Positions 38,691 through 54,900 of a stretch of 64,000 bases of DNA are shown here, piece after piece; positions within the stretch are counted from its first letter, which is position 1; every line of letters begins with the position of its first letter. This stretch comes from the human T2T-CHM13v2.0 reference genome, Homo sapiens: NCBI GenBank assembly GCA_009914755.4, contig CP086569.2, forward strand, positions 27,424,001 through 27,488,000. Reading direction: 5' to 3'. The position numbers were made by a program, and so were the translations under genes. The notes beneath the pieces were generated by a model, which saw nothing but the letters and a program-made list of their open reading frames with translations, did no database searches and had not been told where the DNA came from.

Positions 38691-41600
38691 TGGAATGGAA
38701 TGGGCAGGAATGGAATTCAAAGGGGTGAATTGGAATTGAGTGCTGTGGATTGGAGTAGACTGCATTGTAGTGGATTGGAGAGGAAAGAAGTGGAGTGGAA
38801 TGGAATGGAATGCAATGGAGTGGAGTGGAATGGAATGGAGTGGAGTAGAATGGAATTTAATGGAGTGGAGTGGAATTGAGTGGAATGGAGAGTAATGGAG
38901 TGGAGTGGACTGGAGCGAAGTGGAGTGTAGTGCATTGGACTGTAGGGGATTGAAGTGGCTTGGAGTGCAATGGAGCGGAGTGGAATGGAATGGAATGGAA
39001 TGGAGTGGAATGGAATCGAATCATATGGAACTGAATCAAATCGAATTGAATGAAATTGAATGGAAAAAGTGGAATCAAATGGAATCAAATCGAATGGATT
39101 CGAATGACATTGAATGGAATCAAAAGGAATGCAGTGAGGTGGAGTTGAGTGGAATGGAGTGGAATGGAATGGGATGAATGGAACTGATTGGAGAGGAGTG
39201 GAATGGAATGGAATGGAAAGGAATGGAATTGAACAAAATGGAGTGTAGTAGAATGTAGTGGATAGGAGTGGAGTGCAGAGGAGTGCAGTGGAATGAAGAG
39301 GAGTGTAGTTGAATGGAATGGAATGGTATGGAACGTACAGGAATGGAATGGATAAGAATGGAATGGAATGGAATCGCATGGAATTGAATAGAATCAAATC
39401 GAATTGAATAGAATCAAATGGAAAAAATGGAGTCAAATGGAATCGAATGTCATAGAATCGAACGCTTTTGAATGTCAGTGAATGGAAACGAATGGAATGC
39501 GAAGAAGTGGAGTGGAGTGGAGTGGAAAGGAGTGCAATGGAATAGGGTGGAACAGAATTTAATGGAACAGAGTGGATTGGAGTGGACAGGAGAGGAATGG
39601 AATGGGAAGGAAAGGGATTGAAAGGAGTGGCGTGCAGTGGAGAGGAGTGGCACGGAGTGGAGTGGAGTGGAATGGAGTGGAATGGAGTGGAATGGAATGG
39701 AGTGGAATGGAGTGGATTGGAATGGAATGGAGTGCAGAGGAATGGAATGGAATGGTATAGAGTGGACAGGAATGGAGTGGAGTGGATTGGAATGGAATGG
39801 AATGTAAGGGAATGGAACTGAATGGACTGGAATGGAATGGAATAGAATGGAATCGCAGGGAATCAAATTGGATTGAATCGAATCGAATGGAAAAAATGAA
39901 ATCAAATGAAATTGAATGGAATCGAATTGAATGTAAACAATGGAATCCAAAGGAGACAAATGGAATCGAATCAAATGGTTTTGAATGGCATCAAATGAAA
40001 CGGCATAGAAGGCAGTGAATTGGAGTGGAGTGGAATAGAGAGGAATGAATTGGAATGGAGTGTAGTGGAATGGCGTGGATTCCAGTGGAGTGGAATAGAT
40101 TGGATTGGAATGGAATGGAATAGATTGGATTGGAGTGGTGCAGAGTGGAGTGGAATGGAGTGCAAAGGAATGGAGTGGAGTGAAGTCCAGTTGAGTGGAA
40201 TGGAATGGAGTGGAGCAGAGTGGAATGCAAAAGAATGAAGTGGATTCGTATGGAATGGAATGGCGTGGAATGGCATGAAATAGAATGGAATGGAATCGCA
40301 TGGAATGATATCAAATCAAATCGAATCGAACGGAAAATTATGAATCCAATGGAATCCAAAGGATTCTAAAGGAATGGATTCGAAAGACATTGAATGGAAT
40401 GGAAAGGAATGCAGTGGAGTAGAGTGGAGTGGAATGTTTTAGAGTAAACTGGGGTGGATTGGAACTTTATGGAGAGGAGTGGAGTGAAGTGGATTGGAGT
40501 GGAATGGACTGCAATGGACAGGAGTGGAGTGGAATGGATTGGAGTGGAGTGGAGTGGATCGGAGTGGAGTGCCGTGGAGTGGACTAGAGTGAGGTGGAGT
40601 GGAGTGCATTGGAGTGGAATGGAGTGGAGTGGGGTGCAACGGAATGGAATGGCATCAAATCGCATGGTAATGAATCAAATGGAATCAAATGGAATGGAAA
40701 TAATGGAATCGAAGGCAAACGAATGGAATCGAATTGCACAGATTCTACTGACTTCGAACAAAATGAAATGAAACGCGTTGAAGTGGAGTGGAGTGGAATG
40801 TATTGGGTGGAATGGAATTGAATGGTGTGGAGTGGAGTGGAGTGCCCAGGAGTGGAATGGGAAGAAATGGAATTGAACGGAGTGGAGTGGAGTGGAATGG
40901 GGCATAATGGAGTGGAATAGTGTGGAGTGGAGTAGAGTGGAATGGGTTGGAGTGGAATGCAGAGGACAGGAGTGGAGTGCGGTGGACTGGAGTGGAGTGA
41001 AGTTGAGTGGAGTGGATTGGATTGAAATAGAGCGGAGCAGAGTGGAATGGAATTGAGTCACATGGTATTGAATCAAATCGAATGGAATTAAATCGAATGA
41101 AAAAATGGAATCAAATGCAAACGAATGGAGTCAAACCACATTGGTTAAACTGACATCGAATAATATCAAATGAAATGCGTTGAAGTGGAGTGGAGTGTAA
41201 CGAAATGGGGTGGAATGAAATTGAATGGAGTGGAGTGGATTGGAGTCTACTGGAGTGGAATGGAACGGAATGGAAAGGAATGGAATAGAATGGAGTGAAG
41301 TGCAGTGCAGTGAAATGGAGTGGAAAGGAATGGAATGGAATCAAATGGAGTCGAAGAGAATCGAATCTAATGAAATTGATCGGAAAAAATGGAATGGAGT
41401 AGAATCGAATAAGATGGATTCAAAAGGCAACAAATAGAATTGAATGGAATGCGATGAGGTGGAGGGCATTGGAACGGAGTTGAATGGAATGGGGTGTAAT
41501 TGAATTGAATGGAGTGGAGTGGATTGGAGTGGACTGGAGTGGAATGGAACGGAATGGGCAGGAATGGAATTGAAAGGGGTGAATTGGAATTGAGTGCTGT

Positions 41601-44600
41601 GGATTGGAGTAGACTGCATTGTAGTGGATTGGAGTGGAAAGAAGTGGAGTGGAATGGAATGGAATGCAATGGAGTGGAGTGGAATGGAATGGAGTGGAGT
41701 AGAATGGAATTTAATGGAGTGGAGTGGAATTGAGTGGAATGGAGAGTAATGGAGTGGAGTGGACTGGAGCGAAGTGGAGTGTAGTGCATTGGACTGTAGG
41801 GGATTGAAGTGGCTTGGAGTGCAATAGAGTGGAGTGGAATGGAATGGAATGGAATGGAATCGAATCACATGGAACTGAATCAAATCGAATTGAATGAAAT
41901 TGAATGGAAAAAATGGAATCAAATGGAATCAAATCGAATGGATTCGAATGACATTGAATGGAATCGAAAGGAATGCAGTGAGGTGGAGTTGAGTGGAGTG
42001 GAGTGGAATGGAATGGGATGAATGGAATTGATTGGAGAGGAGTGGAATGGAATGGAATGGAAAGGAATGGAATTGAACGAAATGGAGTGTAGTAGAAAGT
42101 AGTGGATTGGAGTGGAGTGCAGGGGTGTGCAGTGGAATGAAGAGGAGTGTAGTTGAATGGAATGGAATGGTATGGAACGTACTGGAATGGAATGGATAAG
42201 AATGGAATGGAATGGAATCGCATGGAATTGAATAGAATCAAATCGAATTGAATAGAATCAAATGGAAAAAATAGAGTCAAATGGAATCAAATGTCATAGA
42301 ATCGCACGGTTTTGAATGTCAGTGAATGGAAACGAATGGAATGCGATGAAGTGGAGCGGAGTGGAGTTGAAAGGAGTGCAATGGAATAGGGTGGAAGAGA
42401 ATTTAATGGAACAGAGTGGATTGGAGTGGACTGGAGTGGAATGGAAAGGGAAGGAATGGGATTGAAAGGAGAGGCGTGCAGTGGAGTGGAGTGGCATGGA
42501 GTGGAGTGGAGTCGAATGGAGTGGAATGGAGTGGATTGGAATGGAATGGAGTGCAGAGGAATGGAATGGAATGGTATAGAGTGGACAGGAATGGAGTGGA
42601 GTGGATTGGAATGGAATGGAATGTAAGGGAATGGAACTGAATGGACTGGAATGGAATGGAATAGAATGGAATCGCAGGGAATCAAATTGGATTGAATCGA
42701 ATCGAATGGATAAAATGAAATCAAATGAAATTGAATGGAATCGAATTGAATGTAAACAATGGAATCCAAAGGAGTCAAATGGAATTGAATCAAATGGTTT
42801 TGAATGGCATCAAATGAAATGGCATGGAAGGCAGTGAATTGGAGTGGAATGGAATAGAGAGGAACGAATTGGAATGGAGGGTAGTGGAATGGAGTGGATT
42901 CCAGTGGAGTGGAGTGGATTGGATTGGAATGGAATGGAATAGATTGGATTGGAGTGGTGCAGAGTGGAGTGGACTGGAGTGCAGAGGAATGGAGTGGAGT
43001 GAAGTCCAGTTGAGTGGAATGGAATGGAGTGGAGCAGAGTGGAATGCAAAAGAATGAAATGGATTGGTATGGAATGGAATGGCGTGGAATGGCGTGGAAT
43101 AGAATGGAATGGAATCGCATGGAATGATATCAAATCAAATCAAATCGAACGGAAAATAATGAATCCAATGGAAGCGAAAGGATTCTAAAGGAATGGATTC
43201 GAAATGCATTGAATGGAATGGAAAGGAATGCAGTGAAGTGGAGTGGAGTGGAATGTTTTAGAGTGAACTGGGGTGGATTGGAACTTTATGGAGAGGAGTG
43301 GAGTGAAGCGGATTGGAGCGGAATGGAGTGCAATGGACTGGAGTGGAGTGGAATGGATTAGAGTGGAGTGGAGTGGATCGGAGTGGAGTGCCGTGGAGTG
43401 GACTAGAGTGGGGTGGAGTGGAGTGCATTGGAGTGGAATGGAGTGGAGTGGGGTGGAATGGAATGGAATGGGATCAAATCGCATGGTAATGAGTGAAATG
43501 GAATCAAATGGAATGGAAATAATGGAATCGAAGGCAAACGAATGGAATCGAATTGCACTGATTCTACTGACTTCGAACAAAATGAAATGAAACGCGGTGA
43601 AGTGTAGTGGAGTGGAATGTATTGGGTGGAATGGAATTGAATGGTGTGGAGTGGAGTGGAGTGCCCAGGAGTGGAATGGGAAGAAATGGAATTGAACGGA
43701 GAGGAGTGGAGTGGAATGGGGCATAATGGAGTGGAATAGTGTAGAGTAGAGTAGAGTGGAATGGGTTGGAGTGGAATGCAGAGGACAGGAGTGGAGTGTG
43801 GTTGACTGGAGTGGAGTGGAGTTGAGTGGAGGGGATTGGATTGAAATAGAGGGGAGCAGAGTTGAATGGAATTGAGTCACATGGTAATGAATCACATCGA
43901 ATGGCTTTAAATCGAATGAAAAAATGGAATCAAATGCAAACGAATGGAGTCAAACCACATTGGTTAAACTGACATCGAATAATATCAAATGAAATGTGGT
44001 GAAGTGGAGTGCAGTGTAACGAAATGGGGTTTAATGAAATTGAATGGATTGGAGTGGATTGGAGTCTACTGGAGTGGAATGGAATGGAATGGAAAGGAAT
44101 GGAATAGAATGGAGTGAAGTGCAGTGCAGTGAAATGGAGTGGAAAGGAATGGAATGGAATGGAATGGAATGGAATGGAATGGAATCAAATGGAATCGAAG
44201 TGAATCGAATCTAATGAAATTGATCGGAAAAAATGGAATGGAGTAGAATCGAATAAGATGGATTCAACAGGCAACAAATAGAATTGAATGGAATGCGGTG
44301 AGTTGGAGGGCATTGGAATGGAGTTGAATGGAATGGGGTGTAATTGAATTGAATGGAGTAGAGTGGATTGGAGTGGACTGGAGTGGAATGGAGCGGAATG
44401 GGCAGGAATGGAATTGAAAGGGGTGAATTGGAATTGAGTGCTGCGGATTGGGGTAGACTGCATTGTAGTAGATTGGAGTGGAAAGAAGTGGAGTGGAATG
44501 GAATGGAATGCAATGGAGTGGAGTGGAATGGAATGGAGTGGAGTAGAATGGAATTTAATGGAGTGGAGTGGAATTGAGTGGAATGGAGAGTAATGGAGTG

Positions 44601-47600
44601 GAGTGGACTGCAACGAAGTGGAGTGTAGTGCATTGGACTGTAGGGGATTGAAGTGTCTTGGAGTGCAATGGAGTGGAGTGGAATGGAATGGAATGGAATG
44701 GAATTGAATGGAATGGAATGGAGTGGAATGGAATCGAATCAGATGGGACTGAATCAAATCGAATTGAATGAAAATGAATGGAAAAAAAAGAATCAAATGG
44801 AATCAAATCGAATGGATTCGAATGATATTGAATGGAATTGAAAGGAATGCAGTGAGGTGGAGTTGAGTGGAATGGAGTGGAATGGAATGGGATGAATGGA
44901 ATTGACTGGAGAGGAGTGGAATGGAATGGAATGGAAAGTCATGGAATTGAAAAAAATGGAGTGTAGTAGAATGTAGTGGATTGGAGTGGAGTGCAGGGGA
45001 GTGCAGTGGAATGAAGTGGAGTGTAGTTGAATGGAATGGAGGGGTATGGAACGTACTGGAATGGAATGGATAAGAATGGAATGGAATGGAATCGCATGGA
45101 ATTGAATAGAATCAAATCGAATTGAATAGAATCAAATGGAAAAAATGGAGTCAAATGGAATCGAATGTCATAGAATCGAACGGTTTTGAATGTCAGTGAA
45201 TGGAAACGAATGGAATGCGATGAAGTGGAGCGGAGTGGAGTGGAAAGGAGTGCAATGGAATAGGGTGGAAGAGAATTTAATGGAACAGAGTAGATTGGAG
45301 TGGACTGGAGTGGAATGGAATGGGAAGGAATGGGATTGAAAGGAGTGGCGTGCAGTGGAGTGGAGTGGCATGGAGTGGAGTGGAGTGGAATGGAGTGGAA
45401 TGGAGTGGATTGGAATGGAATGGAGTGCAGAGGAATGGAATGGGATGGTATAGAGTGGACAGGAATGGAGTGGAGTGGATTGGAATGGAATGGAATGTAA
45501 GGGAATGGAACTGAATGGACTGGAATGGAATGGAATAGAATGGAATCGCAGGGAATCAAATTGGATTGAATCAAATCGAATGAAAAAAATGAAATCAAAT
45601 GAAATTGAAAAGAATCGAATTGAATGGAAACAATGGAATCGAATGGAGTCAAATGGAATCGAATCAAATCGTTTTGAATGGCGTCAAATGAAATGGCATG
45701 GAAGGCAGTGAATTGGAGTGGAGTGGAATAGAGAGGAATGAATTGGAATGGAGTGTAGTGGAATAGAGTGGATTCCAGTGGAGTGGAGTGGATTGGATTG
45801 GAATGGAATGGAATAGATTGGATTGGAGTGGTGCAGAGTGGAGTGGACTGGAGTGCAGAGGAATGGAGTAGAGAGAAGTCCAGTTGAATGGAATGGAATG
45901 GAGTGGAGCAGAATTGATTGCAAAAGAATGAAGTGGATTGGTATGGAATGGAATGGCGTGCAATGGCGTGGAGTAGAATGGAATGGAATCACATGGAATG
46001 ATATCAAATCAAATCGAATCGAACGGAAAATTATGAATCCAATGGAATCGAAAGGATTCTAAAGGAATGGATTCGAAAGACATTGAATGGAATGGAAAGG
46101 AATGCAGTGGAGTGGAGTGGAGTGGAATGTTTTAGAGTGAACTGAGGTGGATTGGAACTCTATGGAGAGGAGTGGAGTGAAGTGGATTGGAGTGGAATGG
46201 AGTGCAATGGACTGGAGTGGAGTGGAATGGATTGGAGTGGAGTGGAGTGGATCGGAGAGGAGTGCCGTGGAGTGGACTAGAGTGGGGTGGAGTGGAGTGC
46301 ATTGGAGTGGAATGGAGTGGAGTGGGCTGGAATGGAATGGAATGGAATCAAATCGCATGGTAATGAATGAAATGGAATCAAATAGAATGGAAATAATGGA
46401 ATCGAAGGCAAACGAATGGAATCGAATTGCACTGATTCTACTGACTTCGAACAAAATAAAATGAAACGCGGTGAAGTGGAGTGGAGTGGAATGTATTGGG
46501 TGGAATGGAATTGAATGGTGTGGAGTGGAGTGGAGTGCTCAGGAGTGGAATGGGAAGAAATGGAATTGAACGAAGTGGAGGGGAGTGGAATGGGGCATAA
46601 TGGAGTGCAATAGTGTGGAGTGGAGTAGAGTGGAATGGGTTGGAGTTGAATGCAGAGGACAGGAGTGGAGTGCGGTGGACTGAGGTGGAGTGAAGTTGAG
46701 TGGAGTGGATTGGATTGAAATAGAGCGGAGCAGAGTGGAATGGAATTGAATTACATGGTATTGAATCAAATCGAATGGAATTAAATCGAATGAAAAAATG
46801 GAATCAAATGCAAACGAATGGAGTCAAACCACATTGGTTAAACTGACATCGAATAATATCAAATGAAATGCGGTGAAGTGGAGTGGAGTGTAACGAAATG
46901 GGGTGGAATGTAATTGAATGGAGTGGAGTGTTTGGAGTCTACTGGAGTGGAATGGAACGGAATGGAAAGGAATGGAATGGAATGGAGTGAAGTGCAGTGC
47001 AGTGAAATGGAGTGGAAAGGAATGGAATGGAATCAAATGGAGTCGAAGTGAATCGAATCTAACGAAATTGATCGGAGAAAATTGAATGGAGTAGAATCGA
47101 ATAAGATGGATTTAAAAGACAACAAATAGAATTGAATGGAATGCGGTGAGGTGGAGGGCACTGGAACGGAGTTGAATGGAATGGGGTGTAATTGAATTGA
47201 ATGGAGTGGAGTGGATTGGAGTGGACTGGAGTGGAATGGAACGGAATGGGCACGAATGGAATTGAAATGGGTGAATTGGAATTGAGTGCTGTGGATTGGA
47301 ATAGACTGCAATGTAGTGGATTGGAGTGGAAAGAAGTGGAGTGGAATGGAATGGAATGCAATGGAGTGGAGTGGAATGGAATGGAGTGTAGTAGAATGGA
47401 ATTTAATGGAGTGGAGTGGAATTGAGTGGAATGGAGAGTAATGGAGTGGAGTGGACTGGAGCAAAGCGGAGTGTAGTGCATTGGACTGTAGGGGATTGAA
47501 GTGGCTTGGAGTGCAATGGAGTGGAGTGGAATGGAATGGAATGGAATGGAATGGAGTGGAATGGAATCAAATCACATGGAACTGAATCAAATCAAATTGA

Positions 47601-50600
47601 ATGAAATTGAATGGAAAAAATGGAATCAAATGGAATCAAATCGAATGGATTCGAATGACATTGAATGGAATCGAAAGGAATGCAGTGAGGTGGAGTTGAG
47701 TGGAATGGAGTGGAATGGAATGGGATAAATGGAATTGACTGGAGAGGAGTGGAATGGAATGGAATGGAAAGGAATGGATTTGATGAAAATGGAGTGTAGT
47801 AGAATGTAGTGGATTGGAGTGGAGTGCAGGGGAGTGCAGTGGAATGAAGAGGAGTGTAGTTGAATGGAATGGAATGGTATGGAACGTACTGGAATGGAAT
47901 GGATAAGAATGGAATGGAATGGAATCGCATGGAATTGAATAAAATCAAATCGAATTGAATAGAATCAAATGGAAAAAATGGAGTGAAATGGAATCGAATG
48001 TCATAGAATCGAACGGTTTAGAATGTCAGTGAATGGAAACGAATGGAATGCGATGAATTGGAGCGGAGTGGAGTGGAAAGGAGTGCAATGGAATAGGGTG
48101 GAACAGAATTTAATGGAAGAGTGTAGATTGGAGTGTACTGGAGTGGAATGGAATGGGAAGGAATGGGATTGAAAGGAGTGGCGTGCAGTGGAGTGGAGTG
48201 GCATGGAGTGGAGTGGAGTGGAATGGAGTGGAATGGAATGGAGTGGAATGGAGTGGATTGGAATGGAATGGAGTGCAGAGGAATGGAATGGGATGGTATA
48301 GAGTGGACAGGAATGGAGTGGAGTGGATTGGAATGGAATGGAATGTAAGGGAATGGAACTGAATGGACTGGAATGGAATGGAATAGAATGGAATCGCAGG
48401 GAATCAAATTGGATTGAATCGAATCGAATGGAAAAAATGAAAACAAATGAAATTTTATAGAATCGAATTGAATGTAAACAATGGAATCCAATGGAGTCAA
48501 ATGGAATCGAATCAAATGGTTTTGAATGGCATCAAATGAAACGGCATGGAAGGCAGTGAATTGGAGTGGAGTGGAATAGAGAGGAATGAATTGGAATGGA
48601 GTGTAGTGGAATGGAGTGGATTCTAGTGGAGTGGAGTGGATTGGATTGGAATGGAATGGAATAGATTGGATTGGAGTGGTGCAGAGTGGAGTGGACTGGA
48701 GTGCAGAGGAATGGAGTGGAGTGAAGTCGAGTTGAGTGGAATGGAATGGAGTGTAGCAGAGTGGAATTCAAATGAATGAAGTGGATTGGTATGGAATGGA
48801 ATGGCGTGGAATGGAGTGGAATAGAATGGAATGGAATCGCATAGAATGATATCAAATCAAATCGAATCGAACGGAAAATTATGAATCCAATGGAGTCGGA
48901 AGGATTATAAAGGAATGGATTCGAAAGACATTGAATGGAATGGAAAGGAATGCAGTGAAGTGGAGTGGAGTGGAATGTTTTAGAGTGAACTGGGGTGGAT
49001 TGGAACTCTATGGAGAGGAGTGGAGTGAAGTGGATTGGAGTGGAATGGAGTGCAATGGACTGGAGTGGATTGGAATGGATTGGAGTGGAGTGGAGTGGAT
49101 CGGAGTGGAGTGCCGTGGAGGGGACTAGAGTGGGGTGGAGTGGAGTGCATTGGAGTGGAATGGAGTGGCGTGGGGTGGAATGGAATGGAATGGGATCAAA
49201 TCGCATGGTAATGAATGAAATGGAATCAAATGGAATGGAAATAATGGAATCGAAGGCAAACGAATGGAATCGAATTGCACAGATTCTACTGACTTCGAAC
49301 AAAATGAAATGAAATGCGGTGAAGTGGAGTGGAGTGGAATGTATTGGTTGGAATGGAATTGAATGGTGTGGAGTGGAGTGGAGTTCCCAGGAGTGGAATG
49401 GGAAGAAATGGAATTGAACGGAGTGGAGTGGAGTGGAATGGGGCATAATGGAGTGGAATAGTGTGGAGTGGAGTAGAGTGGAATGGGTTGGAGTGGAATG
49501 CAGAGGACAGGAGTGGAGTGCGGTGGACTGGAGTGGAGTGAAGTTGAGTGGAGTGGATTGGATTGAAATAGAGCGGAGCAGAGTGGAATGGAATTGAATC
49601 ACATGGTATTAAATCAAATCGAATGGAATTAAATCGAATGAAAAAATGGAATCAAATGCAAACGAATGGAGTCAAAACACATTGGTTAAACTCACAACGA
49701 ATAATATCAAATGAAATGCGGTGAAGTGGAGTGGAGTGTAACGAAATGGGGTGGAAGGAAATTGAATAGAGTGGAGTGGATTGGAGTCTACTGGAGTGGA
49801 ATGGAACGGAATGGAAAGGAATGGAATAGAATGGAGTGAAGTGCAGTGCAGTGAAATGGAGTGGAAAGGAATGGAATGGAATCAAATGGAATCGAAGTGA
49901 ATCGAATCTAATGAAATTGATCGGAAAAAATGGAATGGAGTAGAATCGAATAAGATGGATTCAAAGGCAACAAATAGAATTGAATGGAATGCGGTGAGGT
50001 TGAGGGCATTGGAATGGAGTTGAATGGAATGGGGTGTAATTGAAATGAATGGAGTGGAGTGGATTGTAGTGGACTGGAGTGGAAAGGAACGGAATGGGAA
50101 GGAATGGAATTGAAAGGGGTGAATTGGAATTGAGTGCTGTGGATTGGAGTAGACTGCATTGTAGTGGATTGGAGTGGAAAGAAGTGGAGTGGAATGGAAT
50201 GGAATGCAATGGAGTGGAGCGGAATGGAATGGAGTGGAGTAGAATGGAATTTAATGGAGTGGAGTGGAATTGAGTGGAATGGAGAGTAATGGAGTGGAGT
50301 GGACTGGAGCGAAGTGGAGTGTAGTGCCTTGGACTATAGGGGATTGAAGTGGCTTGGAGTGCAATGGAGTGGAGTGGAATCGAATGAAATGGAATGGAAT
50401 GGAACGTAGTGGAATGGAATCGAATCACATGGAACTGAATCAAATCGAATTGAATGAAATTGAACGGAAAAAATGAAATCCAATGGAATCAAATCGAATG
50501 GATTCGAATGACATTGAATGGAATCGAAAGGAATGCAGTGAGGTGGAGTTGAGTGGAGTGGAGTGGAATGGAATGGGATGAATGGAATTGACTGGAGATG

Positions 50601-51999
50601 AGTGGAATGGAATGGAATGGAAAGCAATGGAATTGAACGAAATGGATTGTAGTAGAATGTAGTGGATTGGAGTGGAGTGCAGGGGAGTGCAGTGGAATGA
50701 AGAGGAGTGTAGTTGAATGGAATGGAATGGTATGGAACGTACTGGAATGGAATGGATAAGAATGGAATGGAATGGAATCGCATGGAATTGAAAAGAATCA
50801 AATCGAATTGAATAGAATCAAATGGAAAAAATGGAGGCAAATGGAATCGAATGTCACAGAATCGAACGGTTTTGAATGTCAGTGAATGGAAACGAATGGA
50901 ATGCGATGAAGTGGAGCGGAGTGGAGTGGAAAGGAGTGCAATGGAATAGGGTGGAAGAGAATTTAATGGAACAGATTGGATTGGAGTGGACTGGAGTGGA
51001 ATGGAAAGGGAAGGAATGGGATTGAAAGGAGTGGCGTGCAGTGGAGTGGAGTGGCATGGAGTGGAGTGGAGTGGAATGGAGTGGAATGGAATGGAGTGGA
51101 ATGGAGTGGATTGGAATGGAATGGAGTGCAGAGGAATGGAATGGAATGGTATAGAGTGGACAGGAATAGAGTGGAGTGGATTGGAATGGAATGGAATGTA
51201 AGGGAATGGAACTGAATGGACTGGAATGGAATGGAATAGAATGGAATCGCAGGGAATCAAATTGGATTGAATCGAATCGAATGGAAAAAATGAAATCAAA
51301 TGAAATTGAATGGAATCGAATTGAATGTAAACAATGGAATCCAATGGAGTCAAATGGAATCGAATCAAATGGTTTTGAATGGCATCAAATGAAATGGCAT
51401 GGAAGGCAGTGAATTGGAGTGGAGTGGAATAGAGAGGAATGAATTGGAATGGAGTGTAGTGGAATGGCGTGGATTCCAGTGGAGTGGAGTGGATTGGATT
51501 GGAATGGAATGGAATAGATTGGATTGGAGTGGTGCAGAGTGGAGTGGACTGGAGTGCAGAGGAATGGAGTGGAGTGAAGTCCAGTTGAGTGGAATGGAAT
51601 GGAGTGGAGCAGAGTGGAATGCAAAAGAATGAAGTGGATTGTTATGGAATGGAATGGCGTGGAATGGCGTGGAATAGAATGGAATGGAATCGCATGGAAT
51701 GATACCAAATCAAATCGAATCAAACGGAAAATTATGAATCCAATGGAATCGAAAGGATTCTAAAGGAATGGATTCGAAAGGCATTGAATGGAATGGAAAG
51801 GAATGCAGTGGAGTGGAGTGGAGTGGAATATTTTAGAGTGAACTTGGGTGGATTGGAACTCTATGGAGAGGAGTGGAGTGAAGTGGATTGGAGTGGAATG
51901 GAGTGCAATGGACTGGAGTGGAGTGGAATGGATTGGAGTGGAGTGGAGTGGATCGGAGTGGAGTGCCGTGGAGTGGACTAGAGTGAGGTGGAGTAGAGT

Positions 52000-54900
52000 G
52001 CATTGGAGTGGAATGGAGTGGAGTGGGGTGCAACGGAATGGAATGGCATCAAATCGCATTGTAATGAATCAAATGGAATCAAATGGAATGGAAATAATGG
52101 AATCGAAGGCAAACGAATGGAATCGAATTGCACTGATTCTACTGACTTCGAACAAAATGAAATGAAACGCGGTGAAGTGGAGTGGAGTGGAATGTATTGG
52201 GTGGAATGGAATAGAATGGTGTGGAGTGGAGTGGAGTGCCCAGGAGTGGAATGGGAAGAAATGGAATTGAAGGGAGTGGATTGGAGTGGAATGGGGCATA
52301 ATGGAGTGGAATAGTGTGGAGTGGAGTAGAGTGGAATGGGTTGGAGTAGAATGCAGAGGACAGGATTGGAGTGCGTTGGACTGGAGTGGGGTAGAGTTGA
52401 GTGGAGTGGAGTGGATTGAAATAGAGCGGAGCAGAGTGGGATGGAATTGAATCACATGGTATTGAATCAAATCGAATGGAATTAAATCGAATGAAAAAAA
52501 TGGAATCAAATGTAAACGAATGGAGTCAAACCACATTGGTTAAACTGACATCGAATAATATCAAAAGAAATGTGGTGAAGTGGAGTGGAGTGTAACGAAA
52601 TGGAGTGGAATGAAATTGAATGGAGTGGGGTCGATTGGAGTCTACTGGAGTGGAATGCAATGGAATGGAAAGGAATGGAATAGAATGGAGTGAAGTGCAG
52701 TGCAGTGAAATGGAGTGGAAAGGAATGGAATGGAATGGAATGGAATCAAATGGAATCGAAGTGAATCGAATCTAATGAAATTGATCGGAAAAAATCGAAT
52801 GGAGTAGAATCGAATAATATGGATTCAAAAGGCAACAAATAGAATGAATGGAATGCGGTGAGTTGGAGGGCATTGGAATGGAGTTGAATGGAATGAGGTG
52901 TAATTGAATTGAATGGAGTGGAGTGGATTGGAGTGGACTGGAGTGGAATGGAACGGAATGGGCAGGAATGGAATTGAAAGGGGTGAATTGGAATTGAGTG
53001 CTGTGGATTGGAGTAGACTGCATTCTAGTGGATTGGAGTGGAAAGAAGTGGAGTGGAATGGAATGGAATGCAATGGAGTGGAGTGGAATGGAATGGAGTG
53101 GATTAGAATGGAATTTAATGGAGTGGAGTGGAATTGAGTGGAATGGAGAGTAATGGATTGGAGTGGGCTGCAGCGAAGTGGAGTGTAGTGCATTGGACTG
53201 TAGGGGATTGAAGTGGCTTGGAGTGCAATGGAGTGGAGTGGAATGGAATGTAATGGAATGGAATTGAATGGAATGGAATGGAGTGGAATAGAATTGAATC
53301 ACATGGAACTGAATCAAATCGAATTGAATGAAATTGAATGGAAAAAATGGAATCAAATGGAATCAAATCGAATGGATTCGAATGACATTGAATGGAATCG
53401 AAAGGAATGCAGTGAGGTGGAGTTGAGTGGAATGGAGTGGAATGGAATGGGATGAATGGAATTGACTGGAGAGGTGTGGAATGGAATGGAATGGAAAGTC
53501 ATGGAATTGAAAAAAATGGAGTGTAGTAGAATGTAGTGGATTGGAGTGGAGTGCAGGGGAGTGCAGTGGAATGAAGTGGAGTGTAGTTGAATGGAATGGA
53601 ATGGTATGGAACGTACAGGAATGGAATGGATAAGAATGGAATGGAATGGAATCGCATGGAATTGAATAGAATCAAATCGAATTGAATAGAATCAAATGGA
53701 AAAATGGAGGCAAATGGAATCGAATGTCATAGAATCGAACGGTTTTGAATGTCAGTGAATGGAAACGAATGGAATGCGATGAAGTGGAGCGGAGTGGAGT
53801 GGAAAGGAGTGCAATGGAATAGGGTGGAACAGAATTTAATGGAACAGAGTGGATTGGAGTGTACTGGAGTGGAATGGAATGGGAAGGAATGGGATTGAAA
53901 GGAGTGGCGTACAGTGGAGTGGAGTGGCATGGAGTGGAGTGGAGTGGAATGGAGTGGAATGGAATGGAGTGGAATGGAGTGGATTGGAATGGAATGGAGT
54001 GCAGAGGAATGGAATGGAATGGTATAGAGTGGACAGGAATGGAGTGGAGTGGATTGGAATGGAATGGAATGTAAGGGAATGGAACTGAATGGACTGGAAT
54101 GGAATGGAATAGAATGGAATCGCAGGGAATCAAATTAGATTGAATCGAATCGAATGGAAAAAATGAAATCAAATGAAATTGAATGGAATCGAATAGAATG
54201 TAAACAATGGAATCCAATGGAATCCAATGGAATCGAATCAAATGGTTTTGAATGGCATCAAATAAAATGGCATGGAAGGCAGTGAATTGGAGTGGAGTGG
54301 AATAGAGAGGAACGAATTGGAATGGAGTGTAGTGGAATGGCGTGGATTCCAGTGGAGTGGAGTGGATTGGATTGGAATGGAATGGAATAGATTGGATTGG
54401 AGTGGTGCAGAGTGGAGTGGACTGGAGTGCAGAGGAATGGAGTGGAGTGAAGTCCAGTTGAGTGGAATGGAATGGAGTGGAGCAGAGTGGAATGCAAAAG
54501 AATGAAGTGGATTGGTATGGAATGGAATGGCGAGGAATGGCGTGGAATAGAAAGGAATGGAATCGCATGGAACGATACCAAATCAAATCGAATCAAACGG
54601 AAAATTATGAATCCAATGGAATCGAAAGGATTCTAAAGGAATGGATTCGAAATGCATTGAATGGAATGGAAAGGAATGCAGTGGAGTGGAGTGGAGTGGA
54701 ATGTTTTAGAGTGAACTTGGGTGGATTGGAACTCTATGGAGAGGAGTGGAGTGAAGTGGATTGGAGTGGAATGGAGTGCAATGGACTGGAGTGGAGTGGA
54801 ATGGATTGGAGTGGAGTGGAGTGGATCGGAGTGGAGTGCCGTGGAGTGGACTAGAGTGAGGTGGAGTGGAGTGCATTGGAGTGGAATGGAGTGGAGTGGG